IMG/VR virus record: IMGVR_UViG_2788499951_000002
Location: 32,001 to 96,000 of that record
Source of the DNA: a virus
Taxonomy: Duplodnaviria > Caudoviricetes
DNA length: 64,000 nucleotides
Strand: one strand, 5' to 3'
The translations under genes were made by a program, and so were the position numbers. The notes below the pieces were generated by a model. The model searched no databases. It was not told the origin of the DNA and worked only from the letters and a program-made list of their open reading frames with translations. Shown here piece after piece: positions 20,261 through 29,000 of this stretch; the stretch's first letter is position 1; each line of letters starts with the position of its first letter.

Positions 20261-20673
20261 TGATCTGGACAACACTTCTAGGATACCTGAAGTCTCCCAA
20301 GATCATAGCGACTATTGCCGCAGCAGTGTTTGTTGCGGCAATTTCGTTCTATGGGGTGAATCTCGTCAAGGAGAACACCCAACTCGAGAACAGACTTCAG
20401 ACCACAGAACAGACACTTGCCAATACCCGTCTTCAGCTTGAACAGGAACGAGATGAATACAAGTATCGGTTCACCACATATAAAGAAACGATTGACAGCT
20501 ATGTTGCACAGCTGAATGACTCAAATCAGAAGAATGCAGAACTCACCAAGTCCGTCAATGACCTCAAGACCCGAGAGGGAAATGAATGTCTCGCCAAGCC
20601 GGTGGGGGATGATGTACTGGATGCACTCTTCGGAGGGAAAGTCGTCAACGGGGAGAAGCTGAAAAATGATTAA
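20260..20673 (+). CDS. Inner-membrane spanin (Rz-like)
   Basis: N-terminal TM anchor, long coiled coil, C-terminal CLAKPV.DDV motif. Confidence 0.85.
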   Translation: MIWTTLLGYLKSPKIIATIAAAVFVAAISFYGVNLVKENTQLENRLQTTEQTLANTRLQLEQERDEYKYRFTTYKETIDSYVAQLNDSNQKNAELTKSVNDLKTREGNECLAKPVGDDVLDALFGGKVVNGEKLKND

Positions 20674-20944
20674 ATACGTAGGGATCATCCTTCTCACTCT
20701 GTTCCTGAGTGGGTGCCAGATCTTTGACACCCAACCAGCGGCCTCAGAGACGGTCTACGTGCCGTTCGATCCTCCAAGTAGTCTACTTGTACCCTGTACA
20801 CCCGAACGCCCCGCAGAGGCCGAATATGGCGATCTGCTGGTGTCTTTCAAAAGTGCACTGACTGCTTGTGATGACAAGATCACCACATTGGATGCTCTGA
20901 TCAAATCGCATAATGAGAAGTATCAGCCAACCGACGAGGAGTAA
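20666..20944 (+). CDS. Outer-membrane lipoprotein spanin (Rz1-like)
   Basis: Signal peptide with lipobox LSGC; PPSSLLVPC and ALTAC motifs; overlaps the i-spanin end by 8 nt. Confidence 0.9.
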   Translation: MIKYVGIILLTLFLSGCQIFDTQPAASETVYVPFDPPSSLLVPCTPERPAEAEYGDLLVSFKSALTACDDKITTLDALIKSHNEKYQPTDEE

Positions 20945-21005
20945 TCAATATGGCACTCAGTATTACGAGTAAAGACGAATTCATCAATGATGGGGATATC
21001 GGCTA

Positions 21006-21713
21006 ATGGCAATCACCACTGAACAAGTGGCGTTCACAGTGGGGAGGGAAACTTCCCCATATCAGGCCACACGACACACCGAAGACGAAAGACAGTTCGA
21101 CACTATCACAGTCGATGGTAATGACGTTCTGGTCGCCAGTCTGAATATCTATGACTTCCGGATGGTCAACCGACTCCTCAATGGTCAGATCGAATCAACC
21201 GACAAAGCCCCCAACGGGCTTACGTACGGGGAGATCGTCGAGAAGATGAGTATCACGTCACCCGAGGAGTACATGACCATCCTGCGGGATTATGGGAAGG
21301 TAGAAGGTGTCAACACGAACGAATCCCAGCGCCTCGACATGACCGAACCGATGACATTCGAAATCGATGCACCGGTGGGGTCCAGATCCGCAGTCCTTAA
21401 CATCACGTTCATCGACACTGATGGAACTGTCGCATATCCAACAATCGCTGATGGGTATTTCGATGTCGAGACAATCGACAATTCGGACCAGACAACAACA
21501 ATCACATTGGACTTCAGTGACGATCAATATCTGATCGAGGCTGGATCAGTCGTTCGTTCCGATATGCAATTCGGTGACACTCGTCTGGTAGTTGCTGGCG
21601 ACCTCCTCACTGAGGAAAGTACCGGTATCTCCCAGATCAATATCACCCCAGTTCCTGCGGAAGGAGCCACAGTAACGCCTGTTGAGTATCTGATTACTCT
21701 CAGCTACATCTAA
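21006..21713 (+). CDS. Hypothetical acidic (probably virion) protein
   Basis: 235-aa ORF in the late operon with a beta-rich C-terminal half; no recognised motif. Confidence 0.6.
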   Translation: MAITTEQVAFTVGRETSPYQATRHTEDERQFDTITVDGNDVLVASLNIYDFRMVNRLLNGQIESTDKAPNGLTYGEIVEKMSITSPEEYMTILRDYGKVEGVNTNESQRLDMTEPMTFEIDAPVGSRSAVLNITFIDTDGTVAYPTIADGYFDVETIDNSDQTTTITLDFSDDQYLIEAGSVVRSDMQFGDTRLVVAGDLLTEESTGISQINITPVPAEGATVTPVEYLITLSYI

Positions 21714-21725
21714 AAGGAATCAAAG

Positions 21726-23264
21726 ATGAGTACCCAGTATAATGTCGACTATGCGGTCGTAAAGAAACCAAATCAAGATGCCCCATTGACAGAATGGGAG
21801 GTCGAAGAATATATCAAGTGCTTCAATGACCCGATGTATTTCTTCACCAATTACTGTTATGTCGTGGGGGATAGAGGGAAGATGTTATTCCAGCCTCGCG
21901 ATTATCAGTCTGAGATGGTCGATACTGTGCTGGGTAATCGCTTCATTGCATTCAATGCTCCCCGTCAGGTTGGTAAGTCAACCGTGATGGGGTTGATCAT
22001 TCTCCACACGATTACTTTCACTCCCGACTTCGAAGCAGGAATCACCTCCTTCCGTCTCTCTGGTTGTAAGGACTTCATGAGCCGTATCAAGTTCTCCTAT
22101 GAGAACCTCCCGCAGTTCCTGAAGCAACCCGTGCTCCTCTACAACCAGTCAGAGGTCAAGTTCTCCAACGGGTCATCCGTCTATGCACAGGTGACATCCG
22201 ATCAGACCTTCCGTGGTAAATCGCCCAAATTGGCCGTGTGTGACGAGTTCGCGTTCTGCTCACCCTTGGTGGCGGAAGACTTCTATACGTCGTTCATACC
22301 GGCTCTGCAGGCCGCTGGTGAGGACTCAAAGACCAAGGTGGTGTTCATCTCCACCCCTAACGGTTCATCCGGTAAGTACGCTGATATCTGCTTCGGTGCC
22401 ATGTCAGGATCAAACGGGTTCGTCTATCACAAGGTGGACCATACCAAGATCCCGAACCGGACAGAGAAGTTCCGGCAGGATATGATCAACAAGCTAGGCA
22501 AGAACAAATATTCTCAAGAATTTGAAGGTGCATGGCTATCTGACTCAGGGACGCTGATCGACTCTCGAGTGCTGGAAGGAATCAAGACCAAGGATCCGAT
22601 TCGTTCATATGGTTCACTTGATCTGTGGTGTGATTCATTCCAAGGCCGCACGGTAGCAATGGCATGTGACGTGAGCGATGGTGTAGGTAAAGACAACCAT
22701 GTCATCCAATTGGTGGATGTCTCCACACTCGAGCAGATTGGGGAGTTTGCCAACAACTCAATGAACCAGACTCAGTACTTCAAGGAGATGCTCAAGATTA
22801 TCCATCTGATGTACAACGAGGGGGTTGGTGAGGTCTACTTCTCCGTAGAGAACAATGGTCTGGGGAATGGTGTCCTTCGATTGATAGATAACTCGGAAGA
22901 TCCCTACATGAATCAAGTCACCAAGATCAATGACGTGAACGAACAAGGGATGGCCACCGGTCGATCCGGCCTGATCACGACACACAAGACCAAGCTCGCA
23001 GGCTGTGCCCAGTTCAAGGATCTGGTCGAGTCTGAACGCCTGACCATCAACAGTGCCAAGCTCATTGTCGAACTCAGATTCTTCGTCCGGAGGGGTTCTT
23101 CCTTCGCTGCTGAGACCGGTGCAAAGGACGACCGTCCCATGGCAATGGTAATCCTGATGAACATGCTCAAGCAGATTGCAAACTATGAGGATGGGGTCTA
23201 CGAGGTGATGAACGAAGTCACACTCGACTCATCCGATGACGAGTACTGGGGGATTGTGTTCTGA
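21726..23264 (+). CDS. terL: Terminase large subunit (T4 gp17-like)
   Basis: Adenine-binding YQ, Walker A APRQVGKST, Walker B AVCDEFAF, ISTPNG, nuclease ACDVSDG and KDD. Confidence 0.96.
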   Translation: MSTQYNVDYAVVKKPNQDAPLTEWEVEEYIKCFNDPMYFFTNYCYVVGDRGKMLFQPRDYQSEMVDTVLGNRFIAFNAPRQVGKSTVMGLIILHTITFTPDFEAGITSFRLSGCKDFMSRIKFSYENLPQFLKQPVLLYNQSEVKFSNGSSVYAQVTSDQTFRGKSPKLAVCDEFAFCSPLVAEDFYTSFIPALQAAGEDSKTKVVFISTPNGSSGKYADICFGAMSGSNGFVYHKVDHTKIPNRTEKFRQDMINKLGKNKYSQEFEGAWLSDSGTLIDSRVLEGIKTKDPIRSYGSLDLWCDSFQGRTVAMACDVSDGVGKDNHVIQLVDVSTLEQIGEFANNSMNQTQYFKEMLKIIHLMYNEGVGEVYFSVENNGLGNGVLRLIDNSEDPYMNQVTKINDVNEQGMATGRSGLITTHKTKLAGCAQFKDLVESERLTINSAKLIVELRFFVRRGSSFAAETGAKDDRPMAMVILMNMLKQIANYEDGVYEVMNEVTLDSSDDEYWGIVF

Positions 23265-23284
23265 TTCCCCTCTAGGGACTAACC

Positions 23285-23327
23285 AAAAAGAAACCCCCTG
23301 ATCAGTTAAGGTCAGGGGGTTTCTTTT
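23285..23327. terminator. Bidirectional rho-independent terminator
   Basis: AAAAAGAAACCCCCTGA...TCAGGGGGTTTCTTTT between convergent genes. Confidence 0.9.
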
Positions 23328-23343
23328 GCTTCGGGAGAGATGA

Positions 23344-23547
23344 TTATATCCCTGCTCCGGCGATGCTGATCAGTGCTGAGATGGGAAGCCCAACCACCAG
23401 CATAGTGGTGATGACCACCTTGCTGATCAGGACATGGATCTCTTTCCGTGTCATTGGTTCTTCACTCTTACCACGAGCCGGAATGGTGAAGAGGTGTGCC
23501 AGAATGCCGGTGATGATCAGGTAGATTGCTGCGCCGATGGTTCCCAT
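23344..23547 (-). CDS. Small membrane protein
   Basis: 67 aa with two TM segments; AAGGAG RBS; upstream TTGACA-N17-GACACT on the minus strand. Confidence 0.7.
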   Translation of the reverse strand: MGTIGAAIYLIITGILAHLFTIPARGKSEEPMTRKEIHVLISKVVITTMLVVGLPISALISIAGAGI

Positions 23548-23613
23548 GATGTGTCTCCTTTGGTTTGTGTGAACTCAGTGTCGTACAGTGTGGTTGTCTT
23601 GTCAAGGACTTTC

Positions 23614-24120
23614 TTACAGAAGATCTAGTGCACTGAACAGGACGACTCCATCCCTTGCATGATAGTCTTCGTGGCTTTGGATGTCACGGGTTGAAGTCAG
23701 GGTGAATTCCTCATTCGGTCCTATCCCTTCACACCCGAAGTCCATGTTGATGAGAGTTGATTCGATGATGTCTCCGGAGGACATTTCAATCCTGACTGAA
23801 TGATGGGACGGCCCGCATGGAGTAACCTCGATGAGGCTGACCTTGTACAGTTGCTGTGGCGTACCGATGTGGTCTACCCCGCCCCACGAAACCCCGTTCA
23901 CACGGACCCAATTGGCCGGATCTTCAACTCTCCCCGAGATGACAATGACACCTCGTTCTCGATCTGTCTCGGGTTCGTATGTGTATATCACTATCTGGTG
24001 ACGACTGATATCACCATTACCAAACGTCGTGGACAATGGTAGCATTCTATTGAACTCAACACTCCTCACGTGCCATCTGAACGTGTAGCTGAGATCGGTA
24101 TTCATCTGCTGATTCCTCAT
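23614..24120 (-). CDS. Hypothetical protein, probable divergent member of paralogue array A
   Basis: Coupled to 24117..24581; similar size and beta-rich composition; ends LFSALDLL. Confidence 0.65.
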   Translation of the reverse strand: MRNQQMNTDLSYTFRWHVRSVEFNRMLPLSTTFGNGDISRHQIVIYTYEPETDRERGVIVISGRVEDPANWVRVNGVSWGGVDHIGTPQQLYKVSLIEVTPCGPSHHSVRIEMSSGDIIESTLINMDFGCEGIGPNEEFTLTSTRDIQSHEDYHARDGVVLFSALDLL

Positions 24121-24581
24121 AAACTGTCTGTAATGTCATACAGCTTACTGGTTCTTCCGACATCCCGCAAGAAACCAATACCGAACCACATGTTTCGCTC
24201 CGGTAACTTCCCATCAACGATCAGTCCCACATCGGCATCAACCTCGAGGATGAGACCATTATCGAAAGATACTCGAGATGTCATATGAGAACTCCAGACA
24301 TCGATATAATGGGACATGACCATAGCGCCCTTGAGTTGTTCTATCGGGTTGACAATCTCCCCGTTATACACTGACATGTTCTTCCAGTTGATTTCCTCGG
24401 AGACCCCATCCTCATGAATCACCTTGATAGTGTTCCGTTCGAAATGGGGCCAGCCGATTCGGATCCCAGTGTTCTCATGTGTGTCATTATCGGTAATGGT
24501 TATGCTGCAGTACGAGGAGTTTATCTTTCGACTGATATAGGTTTCCCCAATCACAAAGCTGTGTGCTGTGTCAGATATCAT
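24117..24581 (-). CDS. Hypothetical protein, paralogue array A
   Basis: LKGAMV...SFDNGLILEV motif shared with neighbours; ends LYDITDSL. Confidence 0.7.
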   Translation of the reverse strand: MISDTAHSFVIGETYISRKINSSYCSITITDNDTHENTGIRIGWPHFERNTIKVIHEDGVSEEINWKNMSVYNGEIVNPIEQLKGAMVMSHYIDVWSSHMTSRVSFDNGLILEVDADVGLIVDGKLPERNMWFGIGFLRDVGRTSKLYDITDSL

Positions 24582-24594
24582 TGGTGTGTCTCCT

Positions 24595-25098
24595 TTAGAG
24601 TGTGTCCAGAATGTTGTAGATAGTCATCGGTGGTACTGCGAACAAATACGAGGATCGGAACAAGCACCGATTCCCGTCACGGACGATCAACCTCCAGCTT
24701 GACACAGTCAGGCAGTACCCGTCCATGAACGTTATCTCTGAGATCCACCCGTCTCCCGCCTCCATCGCCACATGGGTAGCAATGGTCCGACCCTCTAGGC
24801 ATGTGAGGTCAACCGGTTCAGATGGATACTGATTGGCTTCATACTGAGCAGAGAACAACACATCAGAAGGATCGTCCTGATGGTAGACTGTGACTACGAA
24901 CGGGATGGACTCGACCTCCTCAAGGAATGGGCCTCCTGAGATTTGGACCCATACATCCACCCCCTCGTCGTCGGTAGTGATGTGCACCGATGGGGTGAAC
25001 TTGATGGCTCTCCCCTTTATAGGGAAGTTGATCATCGCACACCGGATAACCCCCTCATGCGAATCTGATTTCTCTCTCATTGGTGTTCTCCTAGTCAC
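24595..25098 (-). CDS. Hypothetical protein, paralogue array A
   Basis: LEGRTI...TFMDGYCLTV motif; ends IYNILDTL. Confidence 0.7.
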   Translation of the reverse strand: MTRRTPMREKSDSHEGVIRCAMINFPIKGRAIKFTPSVHITTDDEGVDVWVQISGGPFLEEVESIPFVVTVYHQDDPSDVLFSAQYEANQYPSEPVDLTCLEGRTIATHVAMEAGDGWISEITFMDGYCLTVSSWRLIVRDGNRCLFRSSYLFAVPPMTIYNILDTL

Positions 25099-25583
25099 AG
25101 GTCGTCCAGAATGTCAAATAACGTGTGGGGGAAGTTGATGGCACGCAACCGAGAGAAACCAGTCCACCCCGCCGATTTCGGAGATGTGAAGATGGTGTGA
25201 ATCCCTGCGAGTGACCTGACTGCCAACTGACACCCATTGAGGAATTCAAAGGTGATGGCATCCGCATCGTACCCATTGAGGATGGTGGACTTGGTGATCA
25301 TCGTTCCCTTTAGGTGACTTTCAAGGAATTCAGCCGTTTGGTGGCTCGGTGCTCCGAGGACATCAACCTCATTGGAGGTGCCATCTGCGGCGGTGAACCT
25401 GAAATAGATGTCAGTATCCATGTGGGAGTTGGCAGCAAACCCGATACCAGTCATCCCCCGACCATCGCTATCAGTGAACTGCACCTCGATGGTCCCTCCA
25501 CTGGCACTTTCGACCACCACGTTCACACACTGGATCTCGATCTGGTGTGCCTTCTTGATACTTGTCATTCCCATCCCCCACAT
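25095..25583 (-). CDS. Hypothetical protein, paralogue array A
   Basis: LKGTMI...EFLNGCQLAV motif; ends LFDILDDL. Confidence 0.7.
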   Translation of the reverse strand: MWGMGMTSIKKAHQIEIQCVNVVVESASGGTIEVQFTDSDGRGMTGIGFAANSHMDTDIYFRFTAADGTSNEVDVLGAPSHQTAEFLESHLKGTMITKSTILNGYDADAITFEFLNGCQLAVRSLAGIHTIFTSPKSAGWTGFSRLRAINFPHTLFDILDDL

Positions 25584-25605
25584 CAGTCATGTCATATTGA
25601 CGCTA

Positions 25606-25634
25606 AGACTAGGCCACCTCACAGACCCTGTCAA
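25606..25634 (-). promoter_or_regulatory. Sigma70-type early promoter for paralogue array A
   Basis: Minus strand TTGACA-N17-TAGTCT. Confidence 0.6.
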
Positions 25635-25644
25635 GGGGCATCGA

Positions 25645-25650
25645 TAAATA
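25645..25650 (+). promoter_or_regulatory. Putative late promoter (TAAATA)
   Basis: GATAAATAG upstream of the spike/fibre operon, divergent from the early promoter. Confidence 0.6.
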
Positions 25651-25674
25651 GTCGAACACTCACAGGAGACATAT

Positions 25675-26034
25675 ATGAAAGTTGTCACCAACATGGACAC
25701 ACTATACGACGTCATTCTCCTTATCGACATGGACGAAGTCGTAAACGATGCTGTCGAGATCACACAGCCATATGTCAAGAAAGGCAATCGGTACTTGATG
25801 TATGAAAGAGTCACAGATGAAAGATTGACCAGTTACAAAAGATTCAAAGGTGTCACAGTGCTGGCATCCAAACAATACATGAGGGGAGCTGATGTCAGTC
25901 AGAAACTCTTCATGCAGATATTCAAAGATCCTGAGATGAAGGATCAGTTCGATTCAGTTTACCCTCCTACAATTGAAGATCCTGAGACCGGAGAACAAGT
26001 CGAACGTTCTCAGATGTTCGGAAAGATTGCATAA
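25675..26034 (+). CDS. Spike/fibre-associated small protein (paralogue of 31773..32213)
   Basis: KGVTVL...QIFKDPE...FDSVY...MFGKIA aligns with KGIEIL...QIFDDTE...YKSVY...KFGILMGA. Confidence 0.7.
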   Translation: MKVVTNMDTLYDVILLIDMDEVVNDAVEITQPYVKKGNRYLMYERVTDERLTSYKRFKGVTVLASKQYMRGADVSQKLFMQIFKDPEMKDQFDSVYPPTIEDPETGEQVERSQMFGKIA

Positions 26035-26053
26035 ACAACCAAGGATTATTTAA

Positions 26054-29000
26054 ATGACGACACAAACTTCGAAGACGTTCTTCGATACTTTCGATTTCAC
26101 TCGAAACTCATCTGCCACCTATGTCGGCACTGATTCCCGTATCCATGTCATGGACGCGGGTCTTCCTCGTTATGAGCTTCTGGCTGATGGCGGGAGAAGT
26201 GGTATCGTTCTTGAACGTGGTGCCACGAACCTGATCCCGAACAACTCCGATCTGACCACATGGGCAACCAATAATCAGTTGGACGTGACTCCCATCTACG
26301 ATCCTGAATTGTTCAAGGTTACCAATGCCCGCGCGTACAGGTTCACTCGCACAAGTGACGACTCATACGCCGGTGCACATCACGCGGGCTGTAACTCTGA
26401 AGCCGGAAAGATATACTGCTTCTCGATCTACATCAACACCGACGACTCCACAGCCGAGGAAGTACAGCTGACCTTCCAACGGTTCAATTCCAGAGGCTGG
26501 CAGAATGGTGCCATCAACATCAATACCGGTGCACAACGTGGTGGATCCGGTCCGTATTGGCACGAAGGTGGCACCGAGGATGTTGGTTTTGGTTGGAAGC
26601 GCGTTTGGGCGTACTGTGAGGCCGACAAGGACGAATCCAACGCTGCCGTTCAGATACGAATTGCCGGTACCGACATGACCGGTTCTGTGTTAGTCGTGGC
26701 ATACCCCCAGCTGGAAGAAGTTGAATCAATTGAGTCACTCCCTTCCTCTCTGATCATCACCAATGGGGTACCAACCACACGTGAACAGGACACCATCAAG
26801 TATCTCCTCAACGACCCGACCATCAAGATGGAAGCCGGTACGTGGCTGTTCACTGGTGACATGACTAACGCCAACCTGTCGCAGGGTATTGGTGTCGACG
26901 ACGCACGCTTCACTGGTAGCGGTACGATTGCCTATGCATTTGACTCTGAGGGTGGCGAGGTATTCATCAATGGTCAATCCGCTCAGGTGACTCCCCCTGT
27001 CGTCGGTACCAACATCACTCAGGTGATCTTCGGTGGCGGTGATAAGCTGATCCTGTCAACCATCACCTATATTGACGGCGTGAAGGACATCGAAGGTGTG
27101 AGTGAGAACACCACGGGTAATTTCCAGTTCTCTACCACGTTCGTTAATGGCAACAGTCTGGTGATGGACATTGAGAATGAACGTTTCGGTAAGCGTTCTC
27201 TGTTGGATGCCAGTGTGTTCAACGATGGCAGTGTTCATGACGTTATTGAAGTGAATCGTGCGAGCTACGGTGGTAGCTATGACGAGAATGGTCAGTATGT
27301 TCTCGTCGGGGAGAACGAACCTCGCTATGGTCTGAATCCTGATGGATCTCGCTATCTTCTGATTGAACCAGAACGGACTAATATTTTTGCCCCGAACTCG
27401 GATGATTTGATTTCATCGATGGGAGCGCAGCGTCTGTCTAAGACCAGTACAGATATTATATCCCCTGCTGGGACGAACGCCGTCCAACTTACGGTGGATG
27501 AGGAATCTACATACTCATATGGTGCATACTCATATGCGGGTGCATTGAGGGATGTGACAAAGGGAGATTTGTTAACTTTCAGTATATTCGTCAGATCGCC
27601 GAACTCCGAACCTTGTGTGCTTCGGTTCTGGTCAGGGAGTGTTAGGGCATTTCGTAGTGAGCACGTTCAGGTGATGTTCCATCTTGACGACGGTGAATAC
27701 TCGATTATATCAGGTGCACCGGTCATCACCGGCGCGGGGATCACTGGCCTAACCGATGGGTGGTATCGAATCTGGATGTCGGCTCGGGCAGAAGGAACTG
27801 GAAACCCCTCACCCTCCTTCAACGCGTCGACTGCCATCGGTGTGGAGTATCTCATCGCAGCCCCACAGCTCGAAGTTGGATCATCCCCGACGTCCCCGAT
27901 AACCACCAACAGTGCGACTCCTGTCACCCGTCTGGCTGATGAGGTCACCACCACACTCGGATACGAGTTCAAGGAGACACAGGGCACATGGGTATTCCGT
28001 GGCAAGGTCGAGAATGGCCTTCTTGCAAGGAACCTCGGTCATGCTGGTCTGCGTTTGACTGGTGAAGGTACTGTCGTATTCACATTCACCGAAGAAGGTG
28101 GGTCCGTATTCTTCAATGGCGGTAAGATCTTCGACATCGCCCCGTACTCAGTCTCACCGAGTATTGTCAACTTCGGTATGGATGACGATACGATCCAACA
28201 GATGGAACTCGTGACATATCGCTCGGCGGTGATCAGCCATGAAGATGCAGTGGAAATGACTGAGGTTGGTGAGTTCGAATATGAGTATCTGTTCAAGGAT
28301 GATGTGACATTTGTTGCCGACGTGGTGAATGGTCATTATGGGGTTCTTGATGTAGTAGACCCCCTAGAGACCATCGAAGCGACAGAATTCACGTCAGTGG
28401 TCGACTTCACTCGTGCGAGCGGAGCTACGTCGGGAATCGCTGGTGTTGTCGTCGGAAACAACGAACCAAAGCTCAATGCAGATGGTTGGGTTTCCATCGA
28501 AACAACCGCGACAAACCTGTACCCGTATTCAGATGGGACCGGCTCTTCTGCTTCTGTCGCCGGTTGGAAAGGTAATGCCACACGAAGCCAAGACACTCTC
28601 TTGGGTGAACCTGCAACTAAGGTGGTGTTTGACGCTGGGACCAGTTACGTCTATGGGGCACAGGAGCACATGACTGCCTTGTATACTGACTATGTGGGTC
28701 GATCTACCCGTTCGATGCGCGTCAAAATCGAAGATGGTTTTTACTTCGGTATCCGCGTTGCGGGTATGACTGCTACTTCCTATTTTCCGGAAGACGGTCG
28801 TTATCATGCGGTGTTTGATTTGGATGATGGGACTCTTGTCTACGCCGGAACCTTGGTTAATGATAACGAGTACTCGATCACCAAGGTTTCCGAGGGGATT
28901 TTTGACGTGTCGTTTACATCTCCATTTTTCGGGGACAACCCCCATTACAACGGCATTGCGGTTGGATTGATCCCGAAAGATGGGGACGCCTCTGAGTGGG

